A stretch of 63,373 nt of DNA, filler included, from Reticulomyxa filosa (GCA_000512085.1; 26 parts of 26 records of this genome joined end to end with filler, not necessarily neighbours in it), one strand, 5' to 3'. Shown: positions 1-13,681, numbered from the whole stretch's first letter. Notes: generated from the sequence alone by a model not told the origin. A program made the numbers and translations.

Positions 1-1724
1 GTGTGTTTCAAAGTATGTATTTTTCATACAAGAACAAAACAGACTTTTTTTTTTACTGTGAAAAGGTTTAGATCGTTTTAGAATTATTTATTTTTTTTTG
101 TGACAATTCTACATTAATAAGGACACTAGTTTTTGATTTTTTGTTTTTTTTTTGACGAAAATTTTATTTTAATAGTTGTAGTCTGGAAAGAAAATGAGGT
201 GAAAGTATGGATAAGTCATTTATTAAGTGTGATTTTTTTGGCAGAAAGGGTGTTAGCTTTATGAGTATGAAAAATCGTATTGTGTACTTGTTTTAAGCAA
301 ATGCGTATGAGAGACAGATAGAAGACGTCAGACATTTGCCTTTGGTTAGCCCTACTGCACTTGCTTAAGCAGAACTCGATCACATTGGACGCAAACTTTC
401 ATAGCATAACACGTCGACTTTGAGTGCGGTGGCAGTGACTAATTTGTTCGTCAGTGACACTTCTTTACACATAATTGGCGTACGGTTGTTGCAAATCCTC
501 ACGACATTCTGCAAAATTTCTTTATAGATTGGCCGCATTTGCGCCAAGGTTCAATACTACATCAGTCGTTGCATCACTAAGTAACCATATATATGCACCA
601 CACTCAAATATTTTGTGTGACATGCTTACAAATCGTCGATAAACACTCATTTGAAATACATTCAATACACTTTTGCATAACATAATTTCCACAGTATATG
701 ATATGGATAAGCAATTATATACATACATATTTATTACCGAATGGATGTTGGATAAACTTGTCTAATACTTGACCCATTGTCAGTTCCGACATTGTTGTTG
801 ACTTATCTTCTTCTTTCTTTGCACTTGCATTTGCATTTGTCTCTTTGGCTGACTCAAGTTGTTTCAAGTGCTTCTTTTGTTGTTGTTACCCTGGTTTTGT
901 GACGCACATTTTCGCATGTGGTTCACAACAGCTTTTGAATGACGTAGTTGCCAGACACAACTTGACATAAGTACACAGCTGTGCCATCGCAGCGTAGAAT
1001 CATGAATAATTGCTTGATATGACGGATGTGTACTCTGCGATTGTCCAACAGCTTCTGAATGTATTTGCTGCCATACTCTGGTTCTGGCAAAGCTTTAAGA
1101 AAAGCTCCGTTCCATCAGGTCCAACAAACTGCGTTTCAAATGCTTCAATATTCGCGAGTCCAAGTTTGTCTTTCTGTTTTTATTTGCTTCAAGTACTTTT
1201 TGCTTAATCTCATTCATACCCAATTTTTTGATACGTATACGTCACTTTTTTTTTTTGCTTTTACAGTTGGTTATGAACATGTTTTTTGTCCTTGCTTTTG
1301 GGAGAAGAATCATCCACAACTGGAGGTATGTTTTCCAATTGAAATTGCTATTGTTGTTGATTCGACTATCTTTGCGAGTGCCCTGCATGTCTGAAATGAG
1401 ACCAATTCTGGTTGCGATCATTGCTGGAGGTGCAGTCATCAATCGTGACAATCCAATCACCGCTGTTCCAATGGCTTCTTTTGCAAAAGACATTGGGTTC
1501 AATAGTAGCATCGTCGTCTTTCAACTGTGTCTTGGTTGCCGTCGCGATTGCGTCTGTTGTCACTGTCTTTTTGTTGGGCAAACTTATCTGCGCGACTTTG
1601 CATGTTTGGTGGGCATATCGTATCAGCAGCAACAACAGAAGTAGCAGTAAAAGCATTGTGCTGGTTCGTGCCGATGAACAGGGTGTTCATCTTAGCTCAA
1701 AGAAAAAAAAAGTAATAAATGGTG

Positions 1725-2022
1725 ATGCAAATGTAAGTATATTATGTTATCTTAATACGAACATGACGATTATTTGCATTTATTCTGAATAGTTTCGTGA
1801 AAACTTTAACTGGAAAAACAATCACGTTGGACGTCGAGCCCAACGACACGATCCAGAACGTGAAATCCAAAATTCAAAACAAGGAAGGCATTCCTCCGAG
1901 TAGCGACGATTAATCTTTGTCTGAAGGCAATTAGAGGATGGCCGAACCTTGATTGGCTATAACGTCCATAAAGAAAGTACATTGCATTTGGTATTGCGAT
2001 TACGATGCGGTGCCATGCAAAT
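1725..2022 (+). pseudogene. Degenerate ubiquitin/polyubiquitin unit with the start of a second unit
   Basis: ATG CAA AT (1725-1732), GT-AG intron 1733-1792, then [35 protein letters not shown], a 1-nt deletion, TAG (1901) and TGA (1922), then [32 protein letters not shown](I) followed by another gtaagt donor at 2023. Confidence 0.93.
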
Positions 2023-2928
2023 GTAAGTTGTATATGTTTTTATAATCCAATTCCGTACAAAAAAAGATGTGATTACGTTACCATACACACATAAAAAAAA
2101 AACAATAACAACACATGCCAACACGAAGTAAACACAAAACATACTAGACATACACATATAACGCCACGTGCAACATGTGTTAAAACATTGGCCATTCGCT
2201 AATATCTTTGTCGGGTATTTGCCACAAACACTTGCTGTTTTGCAGTGGCAGTGTCGCATGCATTTGGTTGACCTTGATGCTGGCAAGCGCCTCCAAATCA
2301 ATCACACAAGACGCCAGTTCGTCCACATATATTGAGCACCACTAATTACCGACGTCACTCAAGTTGGTGCCTTTTATGATCAAAAAATAATAATTTTTTT
2401 TGATATTATCAGTGTACACATATGGCGTTGTATAACATGTATAATAAATTCATAATACTGTTGAGCACTCCAATGCTTGTTAAATTGTATCGTGGCGCTG
2501 TTTGTCTTTGGAAACCAATTCCTTCGCTGATTCAGTACACTGATTGCGGTCTGCAAATCTTCAGTCCAATTTTTCATTTCGGTCAACATATCCTTTTCAC
2601 AAAGGCGACAATGCGCGCCATTTTAAAGATTTAGCTTGCCATTGTTGATTTAAGCTCACTGTAGCTCTATTTGGTCGGAAAAAAAGTTTGCAATACCAGC
2701 TTCTACAAACTAAACAAAAATCATTGTTATATGGTATCATCTCATCCAACAATTCGCATCTTGCATTACTACAATTCAATTGATTCACTTTGTTTCGCAT
2801 TCCAATGCTAATAGACTTTTCATATTTANNNNNNNNNNNNNNNNNNNNNNNNNNNNNNNNNNNNNNNNNNNNTTAATTAATTAANNNNNNNNNNNNNNNN
2901 NNNNNNNNNNNNNNNNNNNNNNNNNNNN

Positions 2929-2965
<37 letters not shown>

Positions 2966-2967
<2 letters not shown>

Positions 2968-3370
2968 GTTGTTGTTATTGGCAACAGATTCAAAAAAATC
3001 GTTCGAAGAAACACCCGATTCGTTTGTAAAGGGTGTGTTCAGTTCGAAGGACCCCTTATCATTGGCACAACTCCTCGAAAATGTCAAAAAAAATCAACAG
3101 ATGAAATTTGTCCAAGCTTTTTTGCAGTTTGTGCTAGTTGCTAGTTTGGGTGTACAGTTACAGAAAAAAGAACACTTTCGACGTGCTTCAGACACTTTTG
3201 AAATTGCTCCCAATGTCGAAACGCACATCATCCTTTCTGTGAATGACCACAAACCACAAGATGATCACACACATCCTCAAGATAATGACGTCATTCTTCA
3301 AGAAACAAAAAAACGAAATTCCGTTGATTTGGGGAAAAAGCGTAACTCTGTTGAGTTAATCTCCAATTAA
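2966..3370 (+). CDS. Probable 3' exon of an unknown protein
   Basis: 134-aa ORF with normal amino-acid composition at the start of a contig; no recognisable domain. Confidence 0.35.
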
Positions 3371-3911
3371 CTTCTCTCTCTTTTTTTTTTTTTTTTTCCA
3401 GAGTGGCATCTGCTAGAGTTTTTTGTAATATTTCAGACTCTGAAGTAAATGAATGGACAAAAAGTCCCTAACTCACTTTTTATCTTTGTTGCTTGATGTT
3501 GTGTTTTAGTTAACTTGTTTCATAGTTTTTTTCGAATTGTCAATTTATTCTCCTATATATTTTTTTTTTTGGTGCTGTACAGTTTGGCCTATTTTCCCCT
3601 TTGCTCGAAGTCAATCCAAACAACTTTCTTTTTTTGCTTAATTTACAAAACATGGAAAAATATCATCCTGTTCAAAAACAATTCTTTAACATTAACCAAT
3701 GTTTAATTTACTTTGCAATTTACAATAGTGAACACTTGCACGAGATATTGTTCACCTTTTTCTCTTGTTTACATTTAGGACAGGGCTTACTCCAACAAAG
3801 ACGAACAGGAAAAGTTCACTACGTCTGGGAGCTTTTTTTAAATAAGTTCTCGAGCGTTCGACAAAAAAAAAGAAACGAAAAAAAAAGCAACCAAAAGTAA
3901 GAGAGAAAGAG

Positions 3912-4427
3912 ATGTGTTTCGCCGAGCAATTGAACCAAGTAAGTCAAAGGTTGCAAGAAGTGACAAGCAGCGTAAAGGATTTTGAGCCTCATCAAGTGCG
4001 TTTGTGGTTGTCTAAATTCAATGTACTGGCATATTTGACTTCTTGTCTCGGACTGGATTCCCTTTCCCCAAACAACTTTTTCCCGCTCATACTGCACTAC
4101 TGGGCACGCATCTCTAAAATTTGGGTTCCCACAGACGTGGCAAAGCTTATGCTAAAATATGCTGGTAAAAAAAAATTTTCTTTGGAATCGTCTTCATAAA
4201 AAAAAAAAAAAGTGCACACGTGTATACGTTTTTTTTGTTTTAAAAAAAAAAAAGCACTTTGGGGAGGATTCGATGCGATAAATAAAAGTCGCAAGTTGCA
4301 CTTGTCAAACTTGAACCAGACATTGACATACAAGTCATTGACTCATCAATGGTCAGTAGCTCGAATGAGTGAGTGGGTATTCGATCAGCAAATCCGAAGC
4401 GTGACTCTGAAAATTGATGAGAAAAAA
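3912..4427 (+). CDS. Partial gene: box-like motif (LILHYWARISKIWVPTDVAKLMLKY) followed by a SPRY/B30.2-like start
   Basis: ORF 3912-4164, intron 4165-4254 (GT..AG), exon 4255-4427 ALWGGFDAINKSRKLHLSNLNQTLTYKSLTHQWSVARMSEWVFDQQIRSVTLKIDEKK, then a GT donor. The SPRY call rests on pattern resemblance only. Confidence 0.5.
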
Positions 4428-4585
4428 GTTTGTTAACGATATGGAAAAACTTATATACATACACATATGTATAAATATGTACATATATGTGTATGTATAT
4501 AACACCGTTTTTCAGAGACAAAATAAAAACTTTTCTTATAACATTCTCGTTCTTTGTTCCTACTATCCCTTGACAAACGTTTTCC

Positions 4586-4622
<37 letters not shown>

Positions 4623-4772
4623 NNNNNNNNNNNNNNNNNNNNNNNNNNNNNNNNNNNNNNNNNNNNTTAATTAATTAANNNNNNNNNNNNNNNNNNNNNN
4701 NNNNNNNNNNNNNNNNNNNNNNAAAAAAAAAATAAAAAAATAAAAAAATTGTGATCGAAATATCGAACATAC

Positions 4773-5490
4773 CTTGCACTACAACTTGCGAAGCTTGAAG
4801 AATGATGATGTCGCTGTTCGAAAGAGCGCCCGATTGCGTGGCCAATACATTGACCTTCTCATTGTTATGAAGGACCACTTCAAGGAAATTGCACGAATAA
4901 TACGCCGAGCAACTCATATATACCTCTTCTGAATCGTTCACAATCAATCTTCCGTTCGTCATTGCATACCCTAACCATTGCTCGCCTTGTGTCACGCTTA
5001 TATTTACTACGTTGGCTTTTGCTACGTTCAATGATAACTCGCTGCATGCATACGATCCATTGCAAATTATCTCCATATAAGATGTTCCGTTTGCAATTAT
5101 TTCTTTAAGTTTGCATTACATACACATTATTCATATTCATTTTTTTTTATTTTGCTTTGCTTTGCTTTGAAAAAAAAAAAATAATAATAATAATGATAAT
5201 GTCTTGTAACCTGCATTGTATGAAACGTTTACTCCGCTTGCTATGAATGAAAAATTTGCTACACTTGCTCCTGCTGTAATCTTCACAAAGTGACAATCAG
5301 TAATATTTGTACAAAGCACTGTGCAATCGTAGGTTTCTGAAGTGTTGCTGGTGGGGCATACTATTGTTCGATTGTTGCAAACACCCCCTCCCGAACAATC
5401 AACTACACAGTCCATGTTGTCTGGACAGATTATATCCGTTGAAAGCGCATTACCCACCAAAAACATCAACATAACAATATTGACCAACAT
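4773..5490 (-). CDS. Secreted/surface cysteine-rich repeat protein, 5' part
   Basis: Hydrophobic signal-like N-terminus (MLVNIVMLMFLVGNALS), repeated C-x4/5-C units (CSGGGVC, CTNITDC, CNGSYAC, CSAYYSC) and several N-x-S/T sequons. Intron 5103-5210 joins the two ORFs; donor at 4772. Confidence 0.7.
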
Positions 5491-7000
5491 TTTTCTTTGA
5501 TGTTATTATTTGAGAAAATCTTTTAACGCAAACACAAAAGAGACCGTCAACAGAGTTTTTTCTGTATCAATCAAAAAATACACTAAAAAATTCACTAAAA
5601 GTCAGTATTTATTATCCGAGAACATATTTCATTTCAAACTTATAAGAAAACACAAATATGTATGTATATTTGGCTCAAAATACTCATAATTTTTTTATCA
5701 TTTTAACATACTAATATTTTGTGATTTACAATCAAACTATATAACCGCTTTTGCAAAGTATTCTTATACTCAAGAATAGACCCATACTCGTGCTAGTCTT
5801 TTTTTTCTGACAACTTCAGTTTAATATACTGCAGTTGCAAAAGTCCTGACACACTAAAATGGCAAATCATGAAGATAATCAATTTTCTAAGTCAAAATCA
5901 TTTTTTCAAATTTTTTTTTGAAAAAATATCTACAAGTGTTTCAAAATACATTTAATTTTTTTCTGCAATTTTTTGTCAATTACAAACATTTTTATCATTT
6001 TCTACAACATTCATATTTTACTTTATTAATTTTTGTTTTTAGCTGCTTTTAGTTGGTTTTTTTTATTTTTGAATAGTTTTAAGTTTTATTTTTTTGTGTT
6101 AAAATATTTTGGCTTATCATGATAACTTGATGTGCTTTTTTTAAAAGTTATTAACATTTTGACTTGTGATAATTTTTAAAATTGCATCTTTGTGTTAATA
6201 TACTTTTTAATTTATATATGCTTTGTCTGTGTTACTATTTTATTTTTTATTAGAGTTTCAGGTTGAAAAACATCAAAATCAAAGAGATGTAATTGTTATA
6301 ATTAAGTCATTATGATTTTCAATTATAAAATTAAATATTATTTTTTAAAATTTATTAAAGGCTAATAGTTGATGCTAAGATATAACCATTGTTTCTTAAT
6401 ATTGCTGCGCATGTAGTTTTATTTGATAAATGGAATTGTATAATAAATTGTTAATTTTACCTTAAATATCTCAATTTGACAAAGTTGTTGTATATTTGAC
6501 TGTTCAAATTAGAATCGCATTATGTACAGTATATTGCAAAAAAAACCGCCATACCTAAATGGCNNNNNNNNNNNNNNNNNNNNNNNNNNNNNNNNNNNNN
6601 NNNNNNNTTAATTAATTAANNNNNNNNNNNNNNNNNNNNNNNNNNNNNNNNNNNNNNNNNNNNTTGAATTTTTTTATATCAAGATCAACGTGCCAAAAAT
6701 ACTTTAACGATCTTAAAAAGGTGCTTTGACGGCGTTTTTTGGTATTTTTCTTGCAGTAAATTTTTAGATTGCATTTGTATAATTTGCAAATACTTTTTCA
6801 AAACACTGGCATACAAAAGATAGCCATTTTTTCTATATCTTCTTGAAAATAATAATGAAAGAAGAGCTTGTAAAAAACAATATTTTAGTATAGTATATGA
6901 AATGATTGTTTAGTTATGACTATTTTCTCGTTTCAAATAAGATAAGTTGAAATCGGCTAAATAAAAACAACTGAAAAAAAATCATCGAAACCAGATATGT

Positions 7001-7050
7001 GATAAAATCGTTCGTATATGGAATATTGAAGCAACAATACAATTCATTGT
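7001..7050 (+). pseudogene. WD40 repeat remnant
   Basis: Isolated DKIVRIWNIEATIQFIV, resembling the WD40 family nearby, with no open flanks. Confidence 0.5.
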
Positions 7051-7352
7051 CATTTGAATGGAATTTGAATTTACTAAACAATCATAAAAAAAAGTAAAAA
7101 ACATTTATCTTGATTAAATTTGGGTGTGACAGAATCATTTTTTGAATTTTGAAAAATTTAATAATCTTTGTTATTTTTGAAAAATAAAAAAGGTTATTTC
7201 TATTTTTTATATAAAAAGCTTTTGAAGGACTTAAATGAAAAATAATTTTAAAATTTTTAGCAACTGATTTTTACCAGCTAATTTTTGGTGAAAAATGTAA
7301 TTGAAAGACACATCCGCCAAAGATATTTGTGGTATCTGTTCAAAAAACAATG

Positions 7353-8758
7353 TTATCCCCAAACACAAATACGACCTTTTCTTGAACCATAACACAAATT
7401 AATGCAATAATAATTTCCATTGTCTTTACTTTTCTTTTCTTTCCTGTTTAATTGCAAAAATTTAAAACTTTTTATTCCATCTTCTTTCCTATCTCCTTTG
7501 ATCACATACAATTCATTTTTATTTGATCGAATATCCCAAAAACGGATTGTATTGTCACTTGATCCAGAACATATTACATTTGAAATATCACCAACTTCGA
7601 TATTATTTGCTACAAATGGCGAATATTCGACTGCATTTACGTCATTTGTATGTCCATTGAACATTTGAATTTGTTGACCAGACCGAATATCCCACATACG
7701 AATACTACAATCATATGATCCTGATAATATTGTATTTGCACCACTACTAATCCTTGATTCATTTGATTCATATTTTACGCTAATCGCTGCAAACCGATGA
7801 CCTTTGAATACAATTAATTGTTTTGTCTTTTCGACATCCCAGATACGGATTGTTGTATCAAATGATCCAGAACAAATTGCATATCCATTACCACCAATCA
7901 AACCAATGCAATTACTTTTATTGCTTTGTAATGGTGAAAAATCCACACACAAAACGCCTCTTTCATGCCCATTGAAGACATGTAATGTTTTGGATGTTTC
8001 AACATCCCATAAACGAATAGTATTGTCATATGATCCAGAACACAAATATCTACCACAATTAAACGGTGAGAATTCAATACCATAAACATCCTTTGTATGT
8101 CCTTTAAACATTTGCAATTGTTGATTATGTTTGATATCCCAAAACCGAATGGTTTTGTCACGTGATGAAGAACAAACAACATTACGGCAATGACGATGGT
8201 GATGATATTGTGAAAATTTTACACAACTCACAGCACACGAATGCTCATTAAATAGTCGAATTTGTTTGTCTGTCTCAACTTCCCATACACTAACTGTTTT
8301 ATTTTCTGATCCAGAACAAATATATTGATCACCATCGAATGTCGAATAATCAATGCTATTCACACAAAAATTTTCAGTGAATATTTTGATTGATTTAGAC
8401 GATGAACGAAATGCGTCAAGCATAAAGAAGGTAGTTGCCTGTAGCAATAATTATAAGCAATGATAACAAATAAATATTGTTACTGAACGATAAACAAGAA
8501 ACAAATAAATCATAACATAATTGACAACAAGTTTGTCGAACTCATGGATCCATCCTAATTTAATTCTTAATATCCGAATCCAATATTCAATGATAATTTG
8601 TGTATCTCCTTCTGACTAATTAATTACAAACCACGTACAACAAATACAATAACAAGTTGAAGAAAATCAACTTTTTGAAAGCTTGGAATGAATCTTACCA
8701 GTGGCAGTTGTGTTGAGATTGTTTTTTTATTGTCAAGAGTAATTTTTTCTTGAGCCAT
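7353..8758 (-). CDS. WD40 beta-propeller protein, 3 exons (8758-8699, 8615-8517, 8438-7353)
   Basis: About 7 GH...WD repeats ([13 protein letters not shown] etc.). Canonical GT-AG introns read directly; exon 2 encodes SEGDTQIIIEYWIRILRIKLGWIHEFDKLVVNY. Confidence 0.93.
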
Positions 8759-10800
8759 CTTAGATGACGCAATATTTGAACTTTTTATCTCAAGATCAGC
8801 AAAGGGACCTGACAACAGCTCCATGAAAGCGGTTACAGCTATGCTGAGCTAATTTAATATTAAGTTTTTCTACAATTGACATTAATGATAAAGTAAAATA
8901 ATTGCATAGCCTAACTATTTTATTTTGAAAGTTAGTGGTAATTTTATTGTATTTTGCAAAAAAAAAAATATAAATTAAAAATATTTCAATTAGCAAAAAT
9001 GCAGTGATAATAGCTTTTAAAATTGAAGTGCTAATTAGTGGATGTGAGAAAATGAGATTATCCCCAAATATAAATTGGGCCTGTATGAAACTAAAAATTA
9101 ATTAATTGTTTGTATCTCATTACCAAATATTATAATGAACTAAATCACTTCTCAAGTTTTGTAAATGAGATAAGTCAATAAAGAAATAATGGATGTTATT
9201 TGTAAACATATCACTTATGAAATTTATGTTTACATAGTTTTAATACTTCAAAGTGGAAGCATAATCGTGACGTTTTTCTTTGGAGTGTTATGACATGGTT
9301 ATGAATGTAACATTGATGGATGTCAATGATATTTACAAAGAAATTCTATTTGATGAAATGATCAAAAAGCATTAATTGTTGTTTAGAAGATAATGAATAT
9401 TGGATATTTCGGCAAGATAATGCAAACAGTTACACAGCAATTACAGTAAAAGAATGGTTTGTACAAAATACTATCAAAGTATTGGATTTCCCTTCAAATT
9501 ATCCAGGACTGAATACAATCAAAATCTGTTGCAGATAGTGAAAACAAAAATACTAAAATAAAACATTCAGATCAAAAGAATAACTTTGGAAACAAGTTGA
9601 ATTAGAATGTGGAAAAATTGACAAAGAAACATGCACAAACTTAACAAAATCAATGACAGAGCAAATACGAGCAATATACAAGGCAATAGGTGATAAACCA
9701 AATGGTAATTTTCACTAAAAAAAGCATTACTACAAAAAAAATTTTCAGTTCTTATGCTTTTGAATTAACTTGACTTGTTAAGTCTTGTAAAAAAAAAAGA
9801 TAAAAAACAAATGATGATTGGACAAAACAAAGAGTAGTCAATGCGACATTTTCACATTTTTTTTGAAGTTTTACATTATTTATTAAAAATTTTGCGTGAG
9901 AATCGTCATCTGAAAGCTTAACTCAACATTGCAAATTGTGACTTTAAAACTTGATAAAGTGCCATTTACGTTAAACCCAACGTTGACGATTTCAGTATTC
10001 GGATTAAGTATGGTTGCGAAAGGAATAAATGAATAAGAATGATTTGTTGGTGGAATTGAATTGCAAAGAAGATTGTTTCTTGAATTTTCAATAGCCTTGA
10101 GTCTAATTACTTCATCATAATATGTTCTTTTTTGAGATAGCGGCCATTCTTGTTCAATTTCATCTTCGTCATCAGTGATTGATTTACTCTTTCTTTTTCT
10201 TAACGCGATACCAGAACATAATGAACTTGCCTTATCTTTAAGGCATGCTGAAAAAGGGGAAAATGTTTTTAGAGTGAAAAAAAGTGTGGTGTTTCTGGAA
10301 ACATATTAAATTGGAGTAAAGAAATTTCTTTGGAAAAGGGGAGGTGTTGCTAGAAACGTTTTTTGGAGTGAAAAAAGTGTTGTTGCTGGAAACACTGAGA
10401 ATAGATTGAATAGAGGTAAAAGAATTTTCCAAAGAAAAAATAATAAACTAAACTTTTTGACATGGATTCAGTAGTTGACGTAACATCGTCATATTTTTTG
10501 CTAACATCGACATATTTTTTTGCTTTCTTTATTAAATGAATTTTTTGAGTATTTTTTACTGTTAAATTGTCAACATCATAATCAACTACAATAAATCCAT
10601 CTTGTATCGAAGTACTACGATAATGCTTTTCAAGACAAATTTTTTTCATTTCTTTTTCATAGCTCAAAGGTTTTTCTTACACTTCGGTTTTTACAATTGG
10701 TTGCACAACTAGTTGATCTGAGGTTTGAGCTACATGTTGTGCACTAGTTGAACAGTATTTTGAGCAAATAATTGTAGAAGTAGTTGACCAATTGAAAAAT

Positions 10801-11030
10801 CTATTTACACAAACAAACAAAAAATTGGAGTTACAAAATTTCATTTGAAAAAAAAAATAAACAAAGAACATACGAGCATCTAGCGTGTCAAAAAAACTGT
10901 TATTGGCAAGAAATGCACTTGCATCATTGTCAACTGGTGGTTGACTAAAATTCCAACAATCTATTTACACAGCCAAACAAAAATTGGAGTTGCGAAATAA
11001 CGTGTGAAAAAAAATAAACAAAAAACATAC
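10801..11030 (-). repeat. Two near-identical ~70-nt intron-like direct repeats (10801-10873, 10961-11030) inside a degenerate minus-strand gene
   Basis: Both read GTATGTT...AACTCCAATTTTTGTTTG...TGTAAATAG on the minus strand and flank an 87-nt spacer with an open frame. Confidence 0.7.
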
Positions 11031-12479
11031 TTGCATAAACTTGATTAGCGAATGCGTCATCGTTTGAGCGGTGCAATTCCTTTCTATCGATAACACTATA
11101 TTCTGAAGGTAGATTGTATGTTGTGACAATTGCTTTTTGCGATTACGCAAAAGCGTTAAACTCGCGATTGCTTCTTGGATCATTTTTTGGATCCACATAA
11201 ATAAAAACTTTTTTGTTTTCAATATTTTTTTACTTGGAAAGTTGCGAAAGTGGTATGTGGCCACACAAAAGTAATGATGACAAGCAAAAAACACAAGTGA
11301 CCAAGTAGAAAAATTTTGGTTCAAGTGGGTACCTAGAAAACCAAATTTAAAATTTCATTGGGGACGTAGTGAAAATTTCCATAATGAAAAAATATATAAA
11401 TTGTTAAATGTAATTTTTTGAAATAAAAGCTTTTTTTAAATTTATTAAGTTGTGCTAGGTAAATCAATGAACCAACAACTTCGTTTGTTTCAATGAAAAA
11501 ACCAATTGTTGATTTCATAAAATTCCAAATACCAGAAACAACACCACCTGATGTTGTTTTACCTTTTGGATGACAGATTAATTCAGAACCAAGTGTTTTA
11601 ATATCAATATTCTGTCCAAGTCATAATGGACCAAGTGCAAGCATAACCTTTAAAGAAGAATAATAAATAAATCTTTTGCATATTCTCTATTTCAGCAAGC
11701 GTTTCAATGTGTGCACTTAACTTATCAAGTGGATTTTCTAATTTATTGCCTCGTGACATACTTGCTTCACGCAACTTTGTGAATGACAATATAAAAAGCA
11801 GCGTCAGCCAACACTTAATTTGGTCCTAGTGTAATTTGTCTATATACTAATATTATTTTTTGTAGGTATTTTTTTTTTATCAATTATAAAAAATAATAAA
11901 GCAACTTTTATAAAAAAATGACCTTATTGNNNNNNNNNNNNNNNNNNNNNNNNNNNNNNNNNNNNNNNNNNNNTTAATTAATTAANNNNNNNNNNNNNNN
12001 NNNNNNNNNNNNNNNNNNNNNNNNNNNNNAATTGATAAACAATAACAAACCTGCATCTCATTTGATTGTAACTACTCATTTGTACCTTTATGTATTTTTC
12101 ATCTAGCTAAATGCCGTATACGTCCTCTTCGTTCGTATCTTTTCCAATTTATAGTATTTTCTATTTTTCCAAATTTCAAAATTCAGCATTGCATATCGTT
12201 TTTTTAAAAAAAATAGTCAGATTAACTCCTTTTTTTTTCTCATGTCAATCGGCACTCGTTGTCCAATGCTGTGTTTGCTTTCTTCCCTTTCGTCGTCGCT
12301 GTAGTTTCATTTCCGAAATCGATTGAACTTCGTTTGCGAAAATATCTCTTTTTTTGGGACACTACATTTTACATTCAAATCAAGTTATTATTAATTGATA
12401 TATATATCTTTTGATTTCAAACAAATATTGCAAAACAAAAACAAGACAAAAAAAAACCTGAAAATATCAACATTTGTTG

Positions 12480-13120
12480 TACACGCCATCATAAGCACCA
12501 GGAATCTATATATCTATAAAGAAAAAACAAAATATCATTACATATAAAAAAAATTGTTTCTAAAAAAGACAAATCCAGTTTAATGCCAATAACTTCGTCC
12601 TCGGAAAAAGGAGGGTAACCAATGTATTTGATAACACTTGTTGTCTCCATTGACGAAGATTATGCGATCGTTGGGGCTTGAATGGATTCAATTGGAGGAT
12701 CATATTTGAGGTTTTCATACCGCAATGGTGACGGCGGAGATCGTTATCATTGTTGTCATCAGTTTGCTTTCCTAATCAAAATAAAATCCAACAATAATCA
12801 AGTACTTATTATTTTTTTAAAAAACAAATAAATAAATTATACAATTGTTCCTAGATTCTCTACAATAAAGTTCTATCAGGAGCGCACTAGAATGCAATAA
12901 GATAAAATTAAAATAAACCAAGAATATATTCATAAATAAATTGAAACTAACTTTGAAATACATCTTTTTTCGCATAGTTCCGTCTATTGTGTTATCCAGC
13001 TCAATTTCAATAAATTTTTCATTGGAAAGCTCCACATCACCACGATATTGCACAATGCCTGTTTTGTTTCCCAAGACTCAAACTCGATCGCCGACAGCCA
13101 CGTCAACCATGCCTTTTGCT
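12480..13120 (-). pseudogene. Tandem CAP-Gly domain protein, degenerate
   Basis: VAVGDRV*VLGNKTGIVQYRGDVELSNEKFIEIELDNTIDGTMRKKMYF and a second unit VIKYIGYPPFSEDEVIGIKL match the CAP-Gly pattern (G.vrYiG...F..g..vGielD...dG....YF); in-frame stops present. Confidence 0.7.
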
Positions 13121-13681
13121 CATCCATGTTCGGCTTTGTTATCTTTGTCTCTATCTTCGTCTTAATCTTAATCGTCATTCACTTCTGCTTTCTCGTTCTT
13201 TGTTTTCAATTGCTTTTTTTGATATCGCCCAAAAATATTTCATCATTGCTTCCGTTCACTGGTCGAATGTTTTGCAAAGTTGGAGGAGGTGATATTTCCA
13301 AATGGTGCAACTCTTAATTAAATTCATCTTGATCTGGTCTTTATGCAATAATTCTTTGTTGTCAAGCTTTTTTCATATTTTCCTATCACTCTTCGATTGT
13401 TCCAATGCAGTCATGCACAATGAATATTTTCTAAATACCAAATTCATTCTCTATCGTCACACTTGTAATGAGATACACAATTTGACCTTGGATGATTATC
13501 ATTGTTGGAAATTCTTGCATCCATCACCAATGTCTTTATTCAACAATTTTTGGATTAACAATCCGATGAGTGAAGTTATCANNNNNNNNNNNNNNNNNNN
13601 NNNNNNNNNNNNNNNNNNNNNNNNNTTAATTAATTAANNNNNNNNNNNNNNNNNNNNNNNNNNNNNNNNNNNNNNNNNNNN

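Noticed and set aside
1901-1924. Stop-codon reassignment (TAG at a Gln position, TGA at a Gly position in ubiquitin)
   Set aside because: The same copy has a frameshift and many missense changes, and intact genes here end in TAA, TAG and TGA; ordinary pseudogene decay explains it.
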